Sequence record: SRR20825019_200
Reading direction: 5' to 3' (one strand)
DNA length: 64,000 bases
Positions within the stretch are counted from its first letter, which is position 1, and the number at the start of each line of letters is the position of its first letter. Made by a program: the position numbers and the translations under genes. A model generated the notes under the pieces. It searched no databases. It worked only from the letters and a program-made list of their open reading frames with translations, and was not told where the DNA came from. Positions 1 to 9,598 of the stretch are shown here, in pieces.

Positions 1-1
1 G

Positions 2-1495
2 ACTGTGACATTCGATGATGACACGCCAACAGTCGAACCTGTCAGAACTGGCTTCATGACTAATCAGGTTGGCAATGTGTTTACTGATGACGTCAACATT
101 GAATATGGAGCGGATGGCTTTGGGGATGCAACTCTGACGGGTACGTTTGCTGAGTTCGAAGGTACAGATTACTGGACAAACACTGACGGTGAGTTCTTAC
201 TGTCTGGAGGCTTGAAGCTTCAGTACATTGAAGAAGTGGATGGAACTCTCTCTGCCTATGTAGAAGGTGAGGACCCATTACTAGCAGACCCAATTTTTAC
301 AGTTTCTTATGATGAATTGGCGGGTACCTATACGGTTAATCAAATCGGTGAACTGGATGGTGCAGCAGAGCTTATCACTATCGGTCTGACCGGTGGTTAC
401 GGTGGCGGTAATGATGGTGACCCTGCATTGTTCCCAAGCGCCGAAGAAGTTGGTGGAGCCTTCCCAGAGGGTTCTATCATGATCGTTGCTACTGCACTTG
501 ATCCAACTGATACCGTCAACTTTAACAATAACGGACTTGGGGTTTCTCAAGGCTCTAAGATCAACTATGACGCGAATGAGACACTCATACTAAATCTTAC
601 CGAGGCCGAAGATTATGAAGTTATCGGCAATAATGACCCAACACCAATAGGTGGTGGAACTCCTGATCGTGTCTACACATATACGGCAACATTGTACTTC
701 TGGAATTATGACGTTGACGCAGGAGAGTTAGCAGAAGTCAAGGTTTATAAAGATGGTGTGATTAAAGATACATTTACTTACGGTGTGGATGGCACAATAA
801 ATCTTGATGGAAGTTGGACATTTACTTCAGAAGTATCTGACTTTGATGAAATCAGAGTAACTGACGCCGGTGATGGTGGAAATGGCTTCGGGGTCTCACA
901 AGTTGTTATTACTGAAGGTGGCGAGGGCTTTGATAACACTATTGGTCTCAATATTGATGCAGAAGACGCTGATGGTGATGTTGTTACCGACGACTGGACG
1001 TTTACATTCAGTGGTGAATCTGTTGTCAGTGGCACCTCTGGTGATGACAAACTGCAGGGTAACGGTGATCCAGAAACTTTAGCTGGTGGTGAAGGTAATG
1101 ACATCCTTGTCGGTGGAGATGGTGATGATCTTCTTATTGGTGGACTGGGTGATGATGTTCTGACTGGTGGTACCGGCGCCGATGAGTTTGTCTGGTTGGA
1201 TGGAGATACCGGTACAGATGAAGTTACTGATTTCAATGCTGGTGAGGGTGACGTATTGAATCTAGCAGACTTGTTAGATCCTGATACCACATTGGACATT
1301 GGTGGGGCGGATAATCTCAATGACTACCTCACAGCTAACTTTGATGCGGAATCAAACACCACTACTATTAATGTCTATACTGATGGTAGTGCACAAGGCG
1401 CCGAAAATATCACTCAATCTATCGTGGTCAACGGCGATCAAACTGACCTGACCACATTGATTGCGAACGGTAACTTGAATGTAGATCAGAGCTAA
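2..1495 (+). CDS. C-terminal part of a large RTX / type I-secreted adhesin (5' end outside window)
   Basis: Frame open from the window edge; very acidic; tandem GGxGxDxL nonapeptides (GGEGNDIL, GGDGDDLL, GGLGDDVL, GGTGADEF) followed by a T1SS C-terminal target-like segment (DEVTDFNAGEGDVLNLADLL). Confidence 0.9.
   Translation, partial: TVTFDDDTPTVEPVRTGFMTNQVGNVFTDDVNIEYGADGFGDATLTGTFAEFEGTDYWTNTDGEFLLSGGLKLQYIEEVDGTLSAYVEGEDPLLADPIFTVSYDELAGTYTVNQIGELDGAAELITIGLTGGYGGGNDGDPALFPSAEEVGGAFPEGSIMIVATALDPTDTVNFNNNGLGVSQGSKINYDANETLILNLTEAEDYEVIGNNDPTPIGGGTPDRVYTYTATLYFWNYDVDAGELAEVKVYKDGVIKDTFTYGVDGTINLDGSWTFTSEVSDFDEIRVTDAGDGGNGFGVSQVVITEGGEGFDNTIGLNIDAEDADGDVVTDDWTFTFSGESVVSGTSGDDKLQGNGDPETLAGGEGNDILVGGDGDDLLIGGLGDDVLTGGTGADEFVWLDGDTGTDEVTDFNAGEGDVLNLADLLDPDTTLDIGGADNLNDYLTANFDAESNTTTINVYTDGSAQGAENITQSIVVNGDQTDLTTLIANGNLNVDQS
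1030..1190 (+). repeat. RTX calcium-binding nonapeptide repeats (about 6 units of 27 nt)
   Basis: Repeated ggtggN-ggtgatgat units encoding GGxGxDxL. Confidence 0.85.
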
Positions 1496-1529
1496 ACGTT
1501 AACAAGACAAAATATTAATTGTTCACTTT

Positions 1530-1558
1530 AGGCCGGCTTATTGCCGGCCTTTTTATTT
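1530..1558 (+). terminator. Intrinsic terminator of the RTX gene
   Basis: AGGCCGGC-ttatt-GCCGGCCT followed by TTTTATTT. Confidence 0.85.
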
Positions 1559-1585
1559 CTGTCCTATCAGATCAGTAAAGAAAGC

Positions 1586-1984
1586 TTACCAGCAGTTATT
1601 ATCCTGCGCGGTATGGTCTCCGGTTTCATCCACGGTCATGGTGCCGCAACGATCATTTGCCTGGGCGCCTTTAGGGGTGGAGGAGAGCGTAAAACTGTCT
1701 TGTGCTACTGCAGAAATAGCCAGGTCATAGAATTTGTTGTCGCCTTCTTTGGGGGATTCATTGAAAGGTAAAGCGGCTCCCACATAAGTGAAGTTCTCAC
1801 CATAATGGCGCTCCATATAACCTGCCAGTTCAAGTAAGTCTGCCTGAGCATTGGTGCGCCGGGTTTTTCTGACCTGTTCCTGATAGGAGGGCAAGGCAAT
1901 GGCTGCAATGATGCCGATAATGATGACGGTAATCATCAGCTCAATCAGGGTGAAGCCTTGTTGTAAGCATAAGCGCTTTCTCAT
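1586..1984 (-). CDS. pilE: Type IV minor pilin PilE
   Basis: Prepilin motif QQGFTLIELMITV, PSYQEQVRKTRR, C-terminal C...CW; last gene of the minor-pilin operon. Confidence 0.92.
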   Translation of the reverse strand: MRKRLCLQQGFTLIELMITVIIIGIIAAIALPSYQEQVRKTRRTNAQADLLELAGYMERHYGENFTYVGAALPFNESPKEGDNKFYDLAISAVAQDSFTLSSTPKGAQANDRCGTMTVDETGDHTAQDNNCW

Positions 1985-2262
1985 AATGGCGCGCCCTGGC
2001 GGACGATGATTGTGATAATCCGTCCAAACTCATCTGTTTCGAATGCGACTTCCTGGCCCACTGTTAATTCCAGGCTGGGTTCAGGCTCGGCATCACTGTT
2101 GAGGATGACTGCTTCGGCCGCTAACAGATATAATTGACCTCCAATCTTGACTTCACCAGCGCCTTTGTTGAGCTCTGTTATTGTGCCTTCATGGCTAAAT
2201 TCTTGCGCTTGTAGCGGGACTGTGAACAAGCTCAACAGCAGGAAAAAAGTGCTCAGTCGCAT
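1981..2262 (-). CDS. pilY2: PilY2-like small secreted protein
   Basis: Signal peptide (MRLSTFFLLLSLFTVPLQA), EGTITEL...VKIGGQLYLL; lies between pilY1 and pilE; start trimmed to the ATG at 2262. Confidence 0.65.
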   Translation of the reverse strand: MRLSTFFLLLSLFTVPLQAQEFSHEGTITELNKGAGEVKIGGQLYLLAAEAVILNSDAEPEPSLELTVGQEVAFETDEFGRIITIIVRQGAPL

Positions 2263-2267
2263 CAATT

Positions 2268-5200
2268 TTATCGCTTGTAGATGTAATCCAGTTGTCGCCA
2301 TGATTGCCTCCCCTGAGAGCCGGGTCCCGGATTCTCAATCGTGATTTCGATTTCACCCGATGAACCAGAGCTATATTTGAACTCTGTTTGCCCACCACCA
2401 TCATTAAGGATCCCCGGTGTGTTGTTAATGCCGACTTTCGATTTTTTGCCGCTGGCCGGCACATAATCATCATTACCGTCGTTATCAATATCGCCGAGAT
2501 TGACATAGTCTGTGACGGTGAAAGCCTTATCGCCGTTCAGGTCAAACGGCGAATACGTCAGCCTGCTGCCTGAAGTGGCATCCAGTTCCATCAGCCAACT
2601 GGTACCGCCATCACCACATGGGTCTTCTGAAGGTAAAAGGGTGGTAAAAATAACTTTGCCATTGCGCACAATGGCCTTGCTAACCTGGCGTTCACCATGA
2701 TTCATACTCGTGTCAGGATCAATCAAGTCAATGTACCAACCCATATCCGTTGACCAGTCGATGCTGTTTTCAGTGGTGACTCTCAACTCAAAGCCGGATT
2801 GCGTCACTTCATTAGTAATGGATTGTTGTAGTAGATCCGTTTTACTAAATGCACTGAATGGGGTTTGATCTTTATCCCAGATCCCATAAAAACTCTGAGT
2901 AGTCTGATTAACGTCGCTATTGTCACCAATTTCAAAATATTTTCCGGTACCGAATAACACCAGATAACCACTGCCAATTGGATGATTAATGACTTGGGGC
3001 TGGGTAGTAATCGGCTGACGGTTGCTGGGACTGCAAGCGGCGTCTGCACAAGCGGAATAAAGCGGTTGAGGGTCACCGCTTTGTTTCATGGCAAAATCCC
3101 AATCACCAGGTGTATCGGAGGTGATATCGATTTTCCACATATTGCCAAACAAATCACCAACATAAATCAGATCGGCGATCGCATCAGCATCGGTATCCAC
3201 AATAGCGGGTGTAGCAAGTCCATTGGGACGATTTTGTCCGGTTGGATCTTGGGCTGAACCTTGGAGAGTATCTAGAGGAGGTATGAGCAGATTGCCATCA
3301 GCAAGCTTCACTATATATAGCTTGGCAGTGCCAGTGGTACTGTCATTGGTACTACCGTCACCCGCATTATCTGCTGTGTTGTTATAGCCGCCGCTGAAGA
3401 TTGCGGCCCAGCTGCCGTCATGCATCCTGACAATGCTGGGCTGACCGAAGGTATATCCTAGTTCGGCATCTGATTTATTAATGTTTCCTTTATCAGTGAA
3501 TTCCCATAACACATCATCTTCATCGAAGTTTTCGGGGTCGGTGACATCCAGGGCGAAAATGCCCTGACCACCGGCACCCAGGCCCGAAACCAATATGGTT
3601 CTCCACTCACCATCAATGAAGGCATCAACAATGGTCGGAGTGCCATCTACAAAATATTCATGGTTGTAACCTGAAACGGTCAAATCGCTGAGGTTCTGAT
3701 ATACGCTTTCAGGGATATAGCTGAACAGCTCGACACCGGTCTCGGCATTAAAGGCGTGGAGCATGCCATCGTTGGCACCGACGTAGATAACCGGCTGACG
3801 GTTGAGGTTATCGGTTCTGAAAGTCGAGTAGGGTTTGGCGTTTTCGGCCGCGCTGGCCTCCCAGATATCCGGATAACGCTGTAGGGGCATAGTGACATAG
3901 GCCGGACTTGAATGAATAATATCCCCTAGCAACGTCTTACGGTTGCGGAAGCTGCCACCATTTGAGAGTTCATTCGAATCATCCCCTCTGAGGTAATTCA
4001 GTACCTGCTGACTGCCAAGTTGCGCTTGTTGAGATCCTGACAAGGCATTGAAGTCTGAGAAGGGAAGACCATCAGTGCCATTAAAGGTGAATATATTGCG
4101 ACTGCCCGGAGCCGGAATTAAATTACCGGCATCCCATGTTTCAGTCGCGCTGAGTGTGCCGTCTGCATTGACGCTGTATGCCAGTAACTGGCCGCTCCAG
4201 TCTTCGCTGTTGAATTTTGCCTGATAGATAAGGCTACTGGTTGAAATCGTCCCGGTGTTCAATGCGACGGAAGAGGCTGAAGACTGGCGTTTTGAAATGG
4301 AGGCCAGGACATCAGCGATGGCATCGGCCAACTGTTTTGGATTGGAAGCGCTGAAGAATCCACCGCGGCTATTGATAGTCGCGTGGAGCAGGTCGTCAAG
4401 ACGAGCCGGGCACTCACTGCCACTGCAATTACCAGAACTGGAAGGGTTGGTGTCAGGCCAACTGATATCAGTTTCGGTATCGATTGCAGCCCAGGCCGCG
4501 TCGGCATCAATTGAGCCGGTAAGGCCGAAGCTGATGCCGAATGTCGACATATGCTGCCAAAAAGCCGGATCGAGTGGCGATGTGGCGACATCATTCTCTA
4601 GATCAGTACGCAGATCCCGTTTCCAGTAATACATTGCCACATCGGCCAGTGTATTGCTTTGACTATCGCGGAACGGGCCAATCGGCGAGTATTGGAAGGG
4701 GTTGTTTTCAGGACCCGTAATGTTTGAGCCGGCTGTGTTATCCACATTGGCTCTGGCGTCACTGGTATCTGCATCGTAACTGCTGCCACCGCTCCAGTAA
4801 CCATCGGTCATCATGATGCTGTAGTTCAGGCGACAGCTATGATCAGAGCCACCTGATTCTCCCGGCGTTGAACTCCATGGTCCTTTGGAATCAGTTCGCG
4901 AATAGTATTGGCCGACATCGTCGAGTGCTTCACGCAGTGGTGTGCCGAGAGCCGGAATATCTCTGCCGTATAAATTATCGAAAAAGTCTTCTCGGGAAGT
5001 CTCAAAATCACGAACGCCATCAATGATGGTGCCGGTGGAAACGCCATCTACATCAGAAGAACCTTTGTTGATGGTGGCATAACCAATGCGTTTTTTACTT
5101 TGATCAACAAAAGCACGGCCTATACTGGCGCGTGCTGTCAGAATGCGCGAACGATAATAGGTATACCAGTTGGCGAAGTTCTGCATTTCCTGGGCGTAGG

Positions 5201-5957
5201 AGCATACGCCATCACCGCCGCAGTCGTCACGGTTGCTGCGGTTATGACCGCTGTAGTTAGGGGTACTGGAGCGAATCTCGACCCGGGTATAGTTGTTCCA
5301 GTTCCACTGACTACCCCCGTTATGCCAGAAGTAGGTTGCTGGCCAGAAAGACTTGTTGGATGATGAGCTTGAGCAGGAGCCGTTGCTGTCACAACTGCGC
5401 CATTGATTGTTATTATAACGACCATTATTTGTGGTCAGGTTTCGGGCAACATTATTGACATCACCGGCACTCCACCATGATGGGGCCGGGCAACTTCCGG
5501 TGTTTTCTGGGTTATGCAGGGCGCAGTCGGGATCAGCATTAGGGTAGAGCGAACCATCTTCTTTGACCCATGGCCGGTAAGTTACTGAAGGATCGTAATA
5601 GGTGCTGTTGAACTGCGGCGAACGCGTGGTGGCATTATAGGCATTGTTACTATCAACGGTAGCGACCTGCAAAAGTGTTTTGGAGTAGCTTGGATAAGGT
5701 GTACCAGTACCATAGATGCCATCGGGACTTGGAAACACCATGGCCGCATAGGAGCTCCCGGGAAAGGCCAGATCATCCGGTGTCACCTCAAATACCATTG
5801 AGCCCGAGTCATCAAGAATAAACATGATGTTAGGCTCCACACCGCCGCCGAGATAGAGTGGTGTTTTACTGAGACTCAGCGGGGCTGCCGTGGCGACCAT
5901 GTTGATAGAGAATAAAACCAGCGCGACACAGAGACTTTGCACAGTGCGTGACAACAT
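2268..5957 (-). CDS. pilY1: Type IV pilus tip adhesin PilY1/PilC
   Basis: Signal peptide, PNIMFILDDSGSM (vWA/MIDAS-like), NFANWYTYYRSR, YVGANDGMLHAF beta-propeller motif, Ca-loop DTDADAIAD, GRQSWRQL C-terminus. Confidence 0.95.
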   Translation of the reverse strand: MLSRTVQSLCVALVLFSINMVATAAPLSLSKTPLYLGGGVEPNIMFILDDSGSMVFEVTPDDLAFPGSSYAAMVFPSPDGIYGTGTPYPSYSKTLLQVATVDSNNAYNATTRSPQFNSTYYDPSVTYRPWVKEDGSLYPNADPDCALHNPENTGSCPAPSWWSAGDVNNVARNLTTNNGRYNNNQWRSCDSNGSCSSSSSNKSFWPATYFWHNGGSQWNWNNYTRVEIRSSTPNYSGHNRSNRDDCGGDGVCSYAQEMQNFANWYTYYRSRILTARASIGRAFVDQSKKRIGYATINKGSSDVDGVSTGTIIDGVRDFETSREDFFDNLYGRDIPALGTPLREALDDVGQYYSRTDSKGPWSSTPGESGGSDHSCRLNYSIMMTDGYWSGGSSYDADTSDARANVDNTAGSNITGPENNPFQYSPIGPFRDSQSNTLADVAMYYWKRDLRTDLENDVATSPLDPAFWQHMSTFGISFGLTGSIDADAAWAAIDTETDISWPDTNPSSSGNCSGSECPARLDDLLHATINSRGGFFSASNPKQLADAIADVLASISKRQSSASSVALNTGTISTSSLIYQAKFNSEDWSGQLLAYSVNADGTLSATETWDAGNLIPAPGSRNIFTFNGTDGLPFSDFNALSGSQQAQLGSQQVLNYLRGDDSNELSNGGSFRNRKTLLGDIIHSSPAYVTMPLQRYPDIWEASAAENAKPYSTFRTDNLNRQPVIYVGANDGMLHAFNAETGVELFSYIPESVYQNLSDLTVSGYNHEYFVDGTPTIVDAFIDGEWRTILVSGLGAGGQGIFALDVTDPENFDEDDVLWEFTDKGNINKSDAELGYTFGQPSIVRMHDGSWAAIFSGGYNNTADNAGDGSTNDSTTGTAKLYIVKLADGNLLIPPLDTLQGSAQDPTGQNRPNGLATPAIVDTDADAIADLIYVGDLFGNMWKIDITSDTPGDWDFAMKQSGDPQPLYSACADAACSPSNRQPITTQPQVINHPIGSGYLVLFGTGKYFEIGDNSDVNQTTQSFYGIWDKDQTPFSAFSKTDLLQQSITNEVTQSGFELRVTTENSIDWSTDMGWYIDLIDPDTSMNHGERQVSKAIVRNGKVIFTTLLPSEDPCGDGGTSWLMELDATSGSRLTYSPFDLNGDKAFTVTDYVNLGDIDNDGNDDYVPASGKKSKVGINNTPGILNDGGGQTEFKYSSGSSGEIEITIENPGPGSQGRQSWRQLDYIYKR

Positions 5958-5959
5958 GA

Positions 5960-6481
5960 CTAGAACCTCTTCGCAATCGTGCTTTGCAATAGCGTTCTGG
6001 CAACGTCGGTACCGCCGGTGCCCTGGCCGGTGACACGATAATAAACGGTGCCGTTGGGCACACCGCCATCTCCAATTACCAGATCGTCGGATTTAAAGTA
6101 CTGAAACTCAATAATGCTGCGTGGAGCGGATTTTATATTGGACAAGGCCACGCCATAACTCACGCTGTTGTTATTCCACCAGGCTTGATCCCGTTCCTGC
6201 CACCAGCTTTGCGGGTTGGTATCATCAGGATCCATCGCATTCAGTTTCCAGACCCGGGTAGCGCCGTCGTCAGTAGGGAGTGGTTCCACCAGTTGGCTGC
6301 TCAGCCAGTTTTCGGCATCTCTGAGAACGGTTTCTGTTGCTTCAAAAGAGAGTTCTTTATCCCGTTCGTTAGTGGCCATTTTCTGCTGCATCACACCGCT
6401 GCGCATCGAAGACAATCCGATGATAGTAATAAGCACCAGAAGAATCATACTGATGACCAGGGCGGCACCTTGCTGTTTCAT
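5960..6481 (-). CDS. pilX: Type IV minor pilin PilX
   Basis: QQGAALVISMILL (no Glu5), YYRVTGQGTGG, LLQST; AAGGAG RBS 7 nt before the ATG at 6481. Confidence 0.92.
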   Translation of the reverse strand: MKQQGAALVISMILLVLITIIGLSSMRSGVMQQKMATNERDKELSFEATETVLRDAENWLSSQLVEPLPTDDGATRVWKLNAMDPDDTNPQSWWQERDQAWWNNNSVSYGVALSNIKSAPRSIIEFQYFKSDDLVIGDGGVPNGTVYYRVTGQGTGGTDVARTLLQSTIAKRF

Positions 6482-6492
6482 AGTCACACTCC

Positions 6493-7512
6493 TTATGGCA
6501 CGCGGTTACGCAGCGTAATGGTTCTGGAGAAAACCGAGCGAAGTCGCCGGTCATTGGGTGTCACAGTCGTTCCATCCAGCACATAATCCTGAGGGCCATC
6601 CACGGTCAGGTTGTTATCCTCACTGACCATCACCAGATCAATCGAAATACTGACGACCTGACTCCAGTTACCAATGGCATTGGCACTGAGATAAGTATCT
6701 GCTGAGCCGTCTCCATCCGTGTCGGTGCCATATTCGAGCTGCAGAGACTCCACGCCACTGATGAGTTCTTCCACCGCATCGCTGCCCTGCTTCATATACA
6801 GAGCGGGAATACCATCAGGGTTGTTGCGGACATAAAAGCTGGTGGTGAGAATGCGGCTGATCCAGCCTCCGGTGTAGTTTTTGCCTAGTGCTTGAGTCGC
6901 ATTTCCCGGAGAAGTCGCATTGCCTTGGTTATGAACGAGGTTGCCGGATGTGCTGGGATTAGCATTGGTAATCTGGAATATGGCTGCCGATTCACAGTCA
7001 GTGACCATGACGATATCGGACTGTTGAAGGAGATTACCCGAAGCCACTTTAATCACGGCAGAGCCGGGCGGAGTTCCACCGGGATGTTGGGTAACCTGAA
7101 TTTCAGGTTGATTGATGGTTCTGAGGGTTATGACATCACTGCCCGCGACGGGATTAACAATGCTGGCATCAAGCGATGGAGTCCAGATACTAGGACCAGT
7201 GGCTTCGGCGCCCTGTAGTGGCATGCTGAAATTCCACAGGTAATTATTGGGTGTGTTGAGCGTATTGTTGACTTCATTGTCAGCAACCTGAAATGAACCG
7301 CAACCCTGGTAACCGACATTCAGCAGTTCATCCGTCAACACATGCATAGCGTAACGGCCGTTTTCCTGAATATGAGCTTTGGCAGTCTGCACCCGATACA
7401 TCTGCCGGCTGGAGAGAAAGACCTGAATGACTGCTGCAATGACGATGAGACTGAGCAACAGGGAAATCATCAGCTCGATTAAGGAGAGGCCTTGCTGCTT
7501 TCGGAAACTCAC
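6493..7512 (-). CDS. pilW: Type IV minor pilin PilW
   Basis: QQGLSLIELMISL, QENGRYA, ELISGVESLQLEYG, TITLRNR. Confidence 0.92.
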   Translation of the reverse strand: MSFRKQQGLSLIELMISLLLSLIVIAAVIQVFLSSRQMYRVQTAKAHIQENGRYAMHVLTDELLNVGYQGCGSFQVADNEVNNTLNTPNNYLWNFSMPLQGAEATGPSIWTPSLDASIVNPVAGSDVITLRTINQPEIQVTQHPGGTPPGSAVIKVASGNLLQQSDIVMVTDCESAAIFQITNANPSTSGNLVHNQGNATSPGNATQALGKNYTGGWISRILTTSFYVRNNPDGIPALYMKQGSDAVEELISGVESLQLEYGTDTDGDGSADTYLSANAIGNWSQVVSISIDLVMVSEDNNLTVDGPQDYVLDGTTVTPNDRRLRSVFSRTITLRNRVP

Positions 7513-7958
7513 TGAATGGCCCCTGCACAGACATAGCTGGTTGTACCCAGGGCGTCATCATCCTGCATTTCAGTCCAACTGATGGTGATGTCACAAACAA
7601 ACTCGGTATTGGCTGCAAAAGCCGGACAGACAATGCTGGCATCGCCCTGCGGCAGGGCGTTGTTAAGCTTAGTCAGCCATTCAGCAAGATCATTTTCTGC
7701 CACACTGCTGGGCGAAGCTGGCGGATCAGTATTCAACGCCAGTGCATAAGACCCGTTCTGAGCGCCCTGTTGATTGGCACGCATTCTGTCAAACATATTC
7801 GCGGCCAGCGTCGTTGCCTGACTGCGGAATTCGGCGCTCTGATTTACTTTCATGGATGTCACATGCAGGTGTGCCATGCCCAGCAGGCCAATCGCCAGAA
7901 CCAGCACGGCGATCATGACTTCCAGCAGGGTAAAGCCTTGCTCATACTTTACGGGCAT
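7509..7958 (-). CDS. pilV: Type IV minor pilin PilV
   Basis: GFTLLEVMIAVLVLAIGLLG, RSQATTLA..MFDRMRAN. Confidence 0.93.
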   Translation of the reverse strand: MPVKYEQGFTLLEVMIAVLVLAIGLLGMAHLHVTSMKVNQSAEFRSQATTLAANMFDRMRANQQGAQNGSYALALNTDPPASPSSVAENDLAEWLTKLNNALPQGDASIVCPAFAANTEFVCDITISWTEMQDDDALGTTSYVCAGAIQ

Positions 7959-8482
7959 GCGGCAACCCCGTCACTGATCGACGCGCGACCCGTGTTACTA
8001 ATACTGATAGAACGTGCTTGATTGATATTATTACCGGCACAGAGGGTGAAAGTATCATCGCCGGATCCTGCTGAGCTGATCGGATAACCGCTGGGCAGAT
8101 AAGCCATCCAGGTTTGATAATCATTGCCACTGGTCAGCGTGTAGTTGCCATCCAGCGGTTCACGGAGACGCAGTAATGTATCGGTGCCTACATCCAGTTG
8201 GCCATCGCCGTCGAGATCGGCAAACACCTGCCAGCCACTGGTCCAGTTACTGTCTATATTAGAGTTGCTTCTAATGGTTACCTGAGCGCCCCGGCGAATG
8301 GCCTCGCTTCTGGCGTAATACAACTCACTGAGTATGTCATTAGCCTGCGTTGTCAGCCGGTGGTTGCGGATCATCTCCGCAAAGCTGGGAGCTGCGAGCG
8401 TTGAAATGATGGCAGCAATGCTTAAAACCACAATCAATTCTATTAAAGTAAAACCACGCAAAAGCTGTTGCCTACAGCTCAT
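7949..8482 (-). CDS. fimT: FimT/FimU (GspH-family) minor pilin
   Basis: RGFTLIELIVV, APSF, YARSEAIRRG, W.SGWQVF.D.DGDG; GGAG RBS before the ATG at 8482. Confidence 0.88.
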   Translation of the reverse strand: MSCRQQLLRGFTLIELIVVLSIAAIISTLAAPSFAEMIRNHRLTTQANDILSELYYARSEAIRRGAQVTIRSNSNIDSNWTSGWQVFADLDGDGQLDVGTDTLLRLREPLDGNYTLTSGNDYQTWMAYLPSGYPISSAGSGDDTFTLCAGNNINQARSISISNTGRASISDGVAACP

Positions 8483-8619
8483 AGGTACTCCCATTAACCT
8501 TCCACTCGATGAATAGTCAGCTAATTCTAAGTTCATTGTCAATCTTGATACTGAGCGACTGGCTGACTGCCGTCTACCCCCCCGTGTGAGGGGGCATGCA
8601 TTCCTGTTGCCGCCTCGAG

Positions 8620-8635
8620 CGGCAAGATATTGCCG
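8620..8635. promoter_or_regulatory. Putative FleR/FlrC enhancer palindrome
   Basis: CGGCAA-GATA-TTGCCG about 65 bp upstream of the flgB sigma54 motif; the same palindrome recurs at 61863-61878. Confidence 0.65.
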
Positions 8636-8698
8636 ATGTGCAGCGGTGAATCTTGCTATGAACCCTGAAATTCCAGTCAACACAGCACTCTGAGAATC

Positions 8699-8714
8699 TG
8701 GCACGCAAACTGCT
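8699..8714 (+). promoter_or_regulatory. sigma54 promoter of flgBCDE
   Basis: TGGCAC-GCAAA-CTGCT (GG-N10-GC). Confidence 0.85.
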
Positions 8715-8750
8715 ATCTCTCAGTTGAAGAAAATTTTTGTGGAGTGTGAC

Positions 8751-9161
8751 ATGCCAATCACCTTTGATTCTGCCCTGGGAATTCATGCCGATGCACTGAA
8801 AGTGCGTTCACAGCGTGCTGAACTGCTGGCAGCTAATCTGGCTAATGCCGACACGCCTAATTTCAAGGCGCAGGACATTGATTTCAGATCAGCATTAAAT
8901 AATGCCATGGACAGTGGTAATCCGTCGATGATGAAAACTACGCATCAGAATCATATTCCGTTCACCGGTGGAGCTGGCAGTGAAGGTCTGATGGCACCGG
9001 TGCAGTTCCGTATGTCTATGCAGGACTCACTGGACGGCAACACCGTTGATGAGCAGGTCGAACAGGCACAGTTCATGCAGAACGCAGTTCAATATCAGGC
9101 CAGCCTGGAATTTCTGGGTGGCAAGTTCAGCAGCCTGACCAAGGCGCTTAGAGGAGAGTAA
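8751..9161 (+). CDS. flgB: Flagellar basal-body rod protein FlgB
   Basis: LAANLANADTPNFKAQD, DGNTVD; GGAG RBS before the ATG at 8751. Confidence 0.97.
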   Translation: MPITFDSALGIHADALKVRSQRAELLAANLANADTPNFKAQDIDFRSALNNAMDSGNPSMMKTTHQNHIPFTGGAGSEGLMAPVQFRMSMQDSLDGNTVDEQVEQAQFMQNAVQYQASLEFLGGKFSSLTKALRGE

Positions 9162-9163
9162 AC

Positions 9164-9580
9164 ATGTCTCTGTTTAATATTTTCGATATTGCCGGTACCG
9201 GCATGAGCGCTCAGTCGCTGCGACTCAATACCACGGCCAGTAACATGGCGAATGCTGACAGTGTCAGCAGCAGTGTTAATGAAGTTTACCGGGCACGTCA
9301 GCCGGTGTTCTCCGCGGTACTGGATGAGGCACAGGAAGGCTATAAAAAAGGTTCGGTGCAGGTCCATGGCGTCACTGAGAGTCAGGCACCGGTCAGAACT
9401 GAATACAACCCGACCCATCCGCTGGCGAATGAAGACGGCTATGTTTTCCATTCCAATGTCGATCCGATTAGCGAGATGGCCAATATGATGTCGGCGTCAC
9501 GTTCGTATCAGAACAATGTCGAGATCGCCAACACGTCCAAACAGCTCCTGCTGCGTACTTTGCAGCTGGGCCGTTCATAA
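9164..9580 (+). CDS. flgC: Rod protein FlgC
   Basis: RLNTTASNMANADS, YNPTHPLA, SASRSYQNN. Confidence 0.97.
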   Translation: MSLFNIFDIAGTGMSAQSLRLNTTASNMANADSVSSSVNEVYRARQPVFSAVLDEAQEGYKKGSVQVHGVTESQAPVRTEYNPTHPLANEDGYVFHSNVDPISEMANMMSASRSYQNNVEIANTSKQLLLRTLQLGRS

Positions 9581-9598
9581 GCACAGGAGTAGATAGTT

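Noticed and set aside
8483-8704. 74-aa N-terminal extension of FimT in the ORF track
   Set aside because: It overlaps the flgB promoter; the prepilin motif and RBS support the start at 8482.
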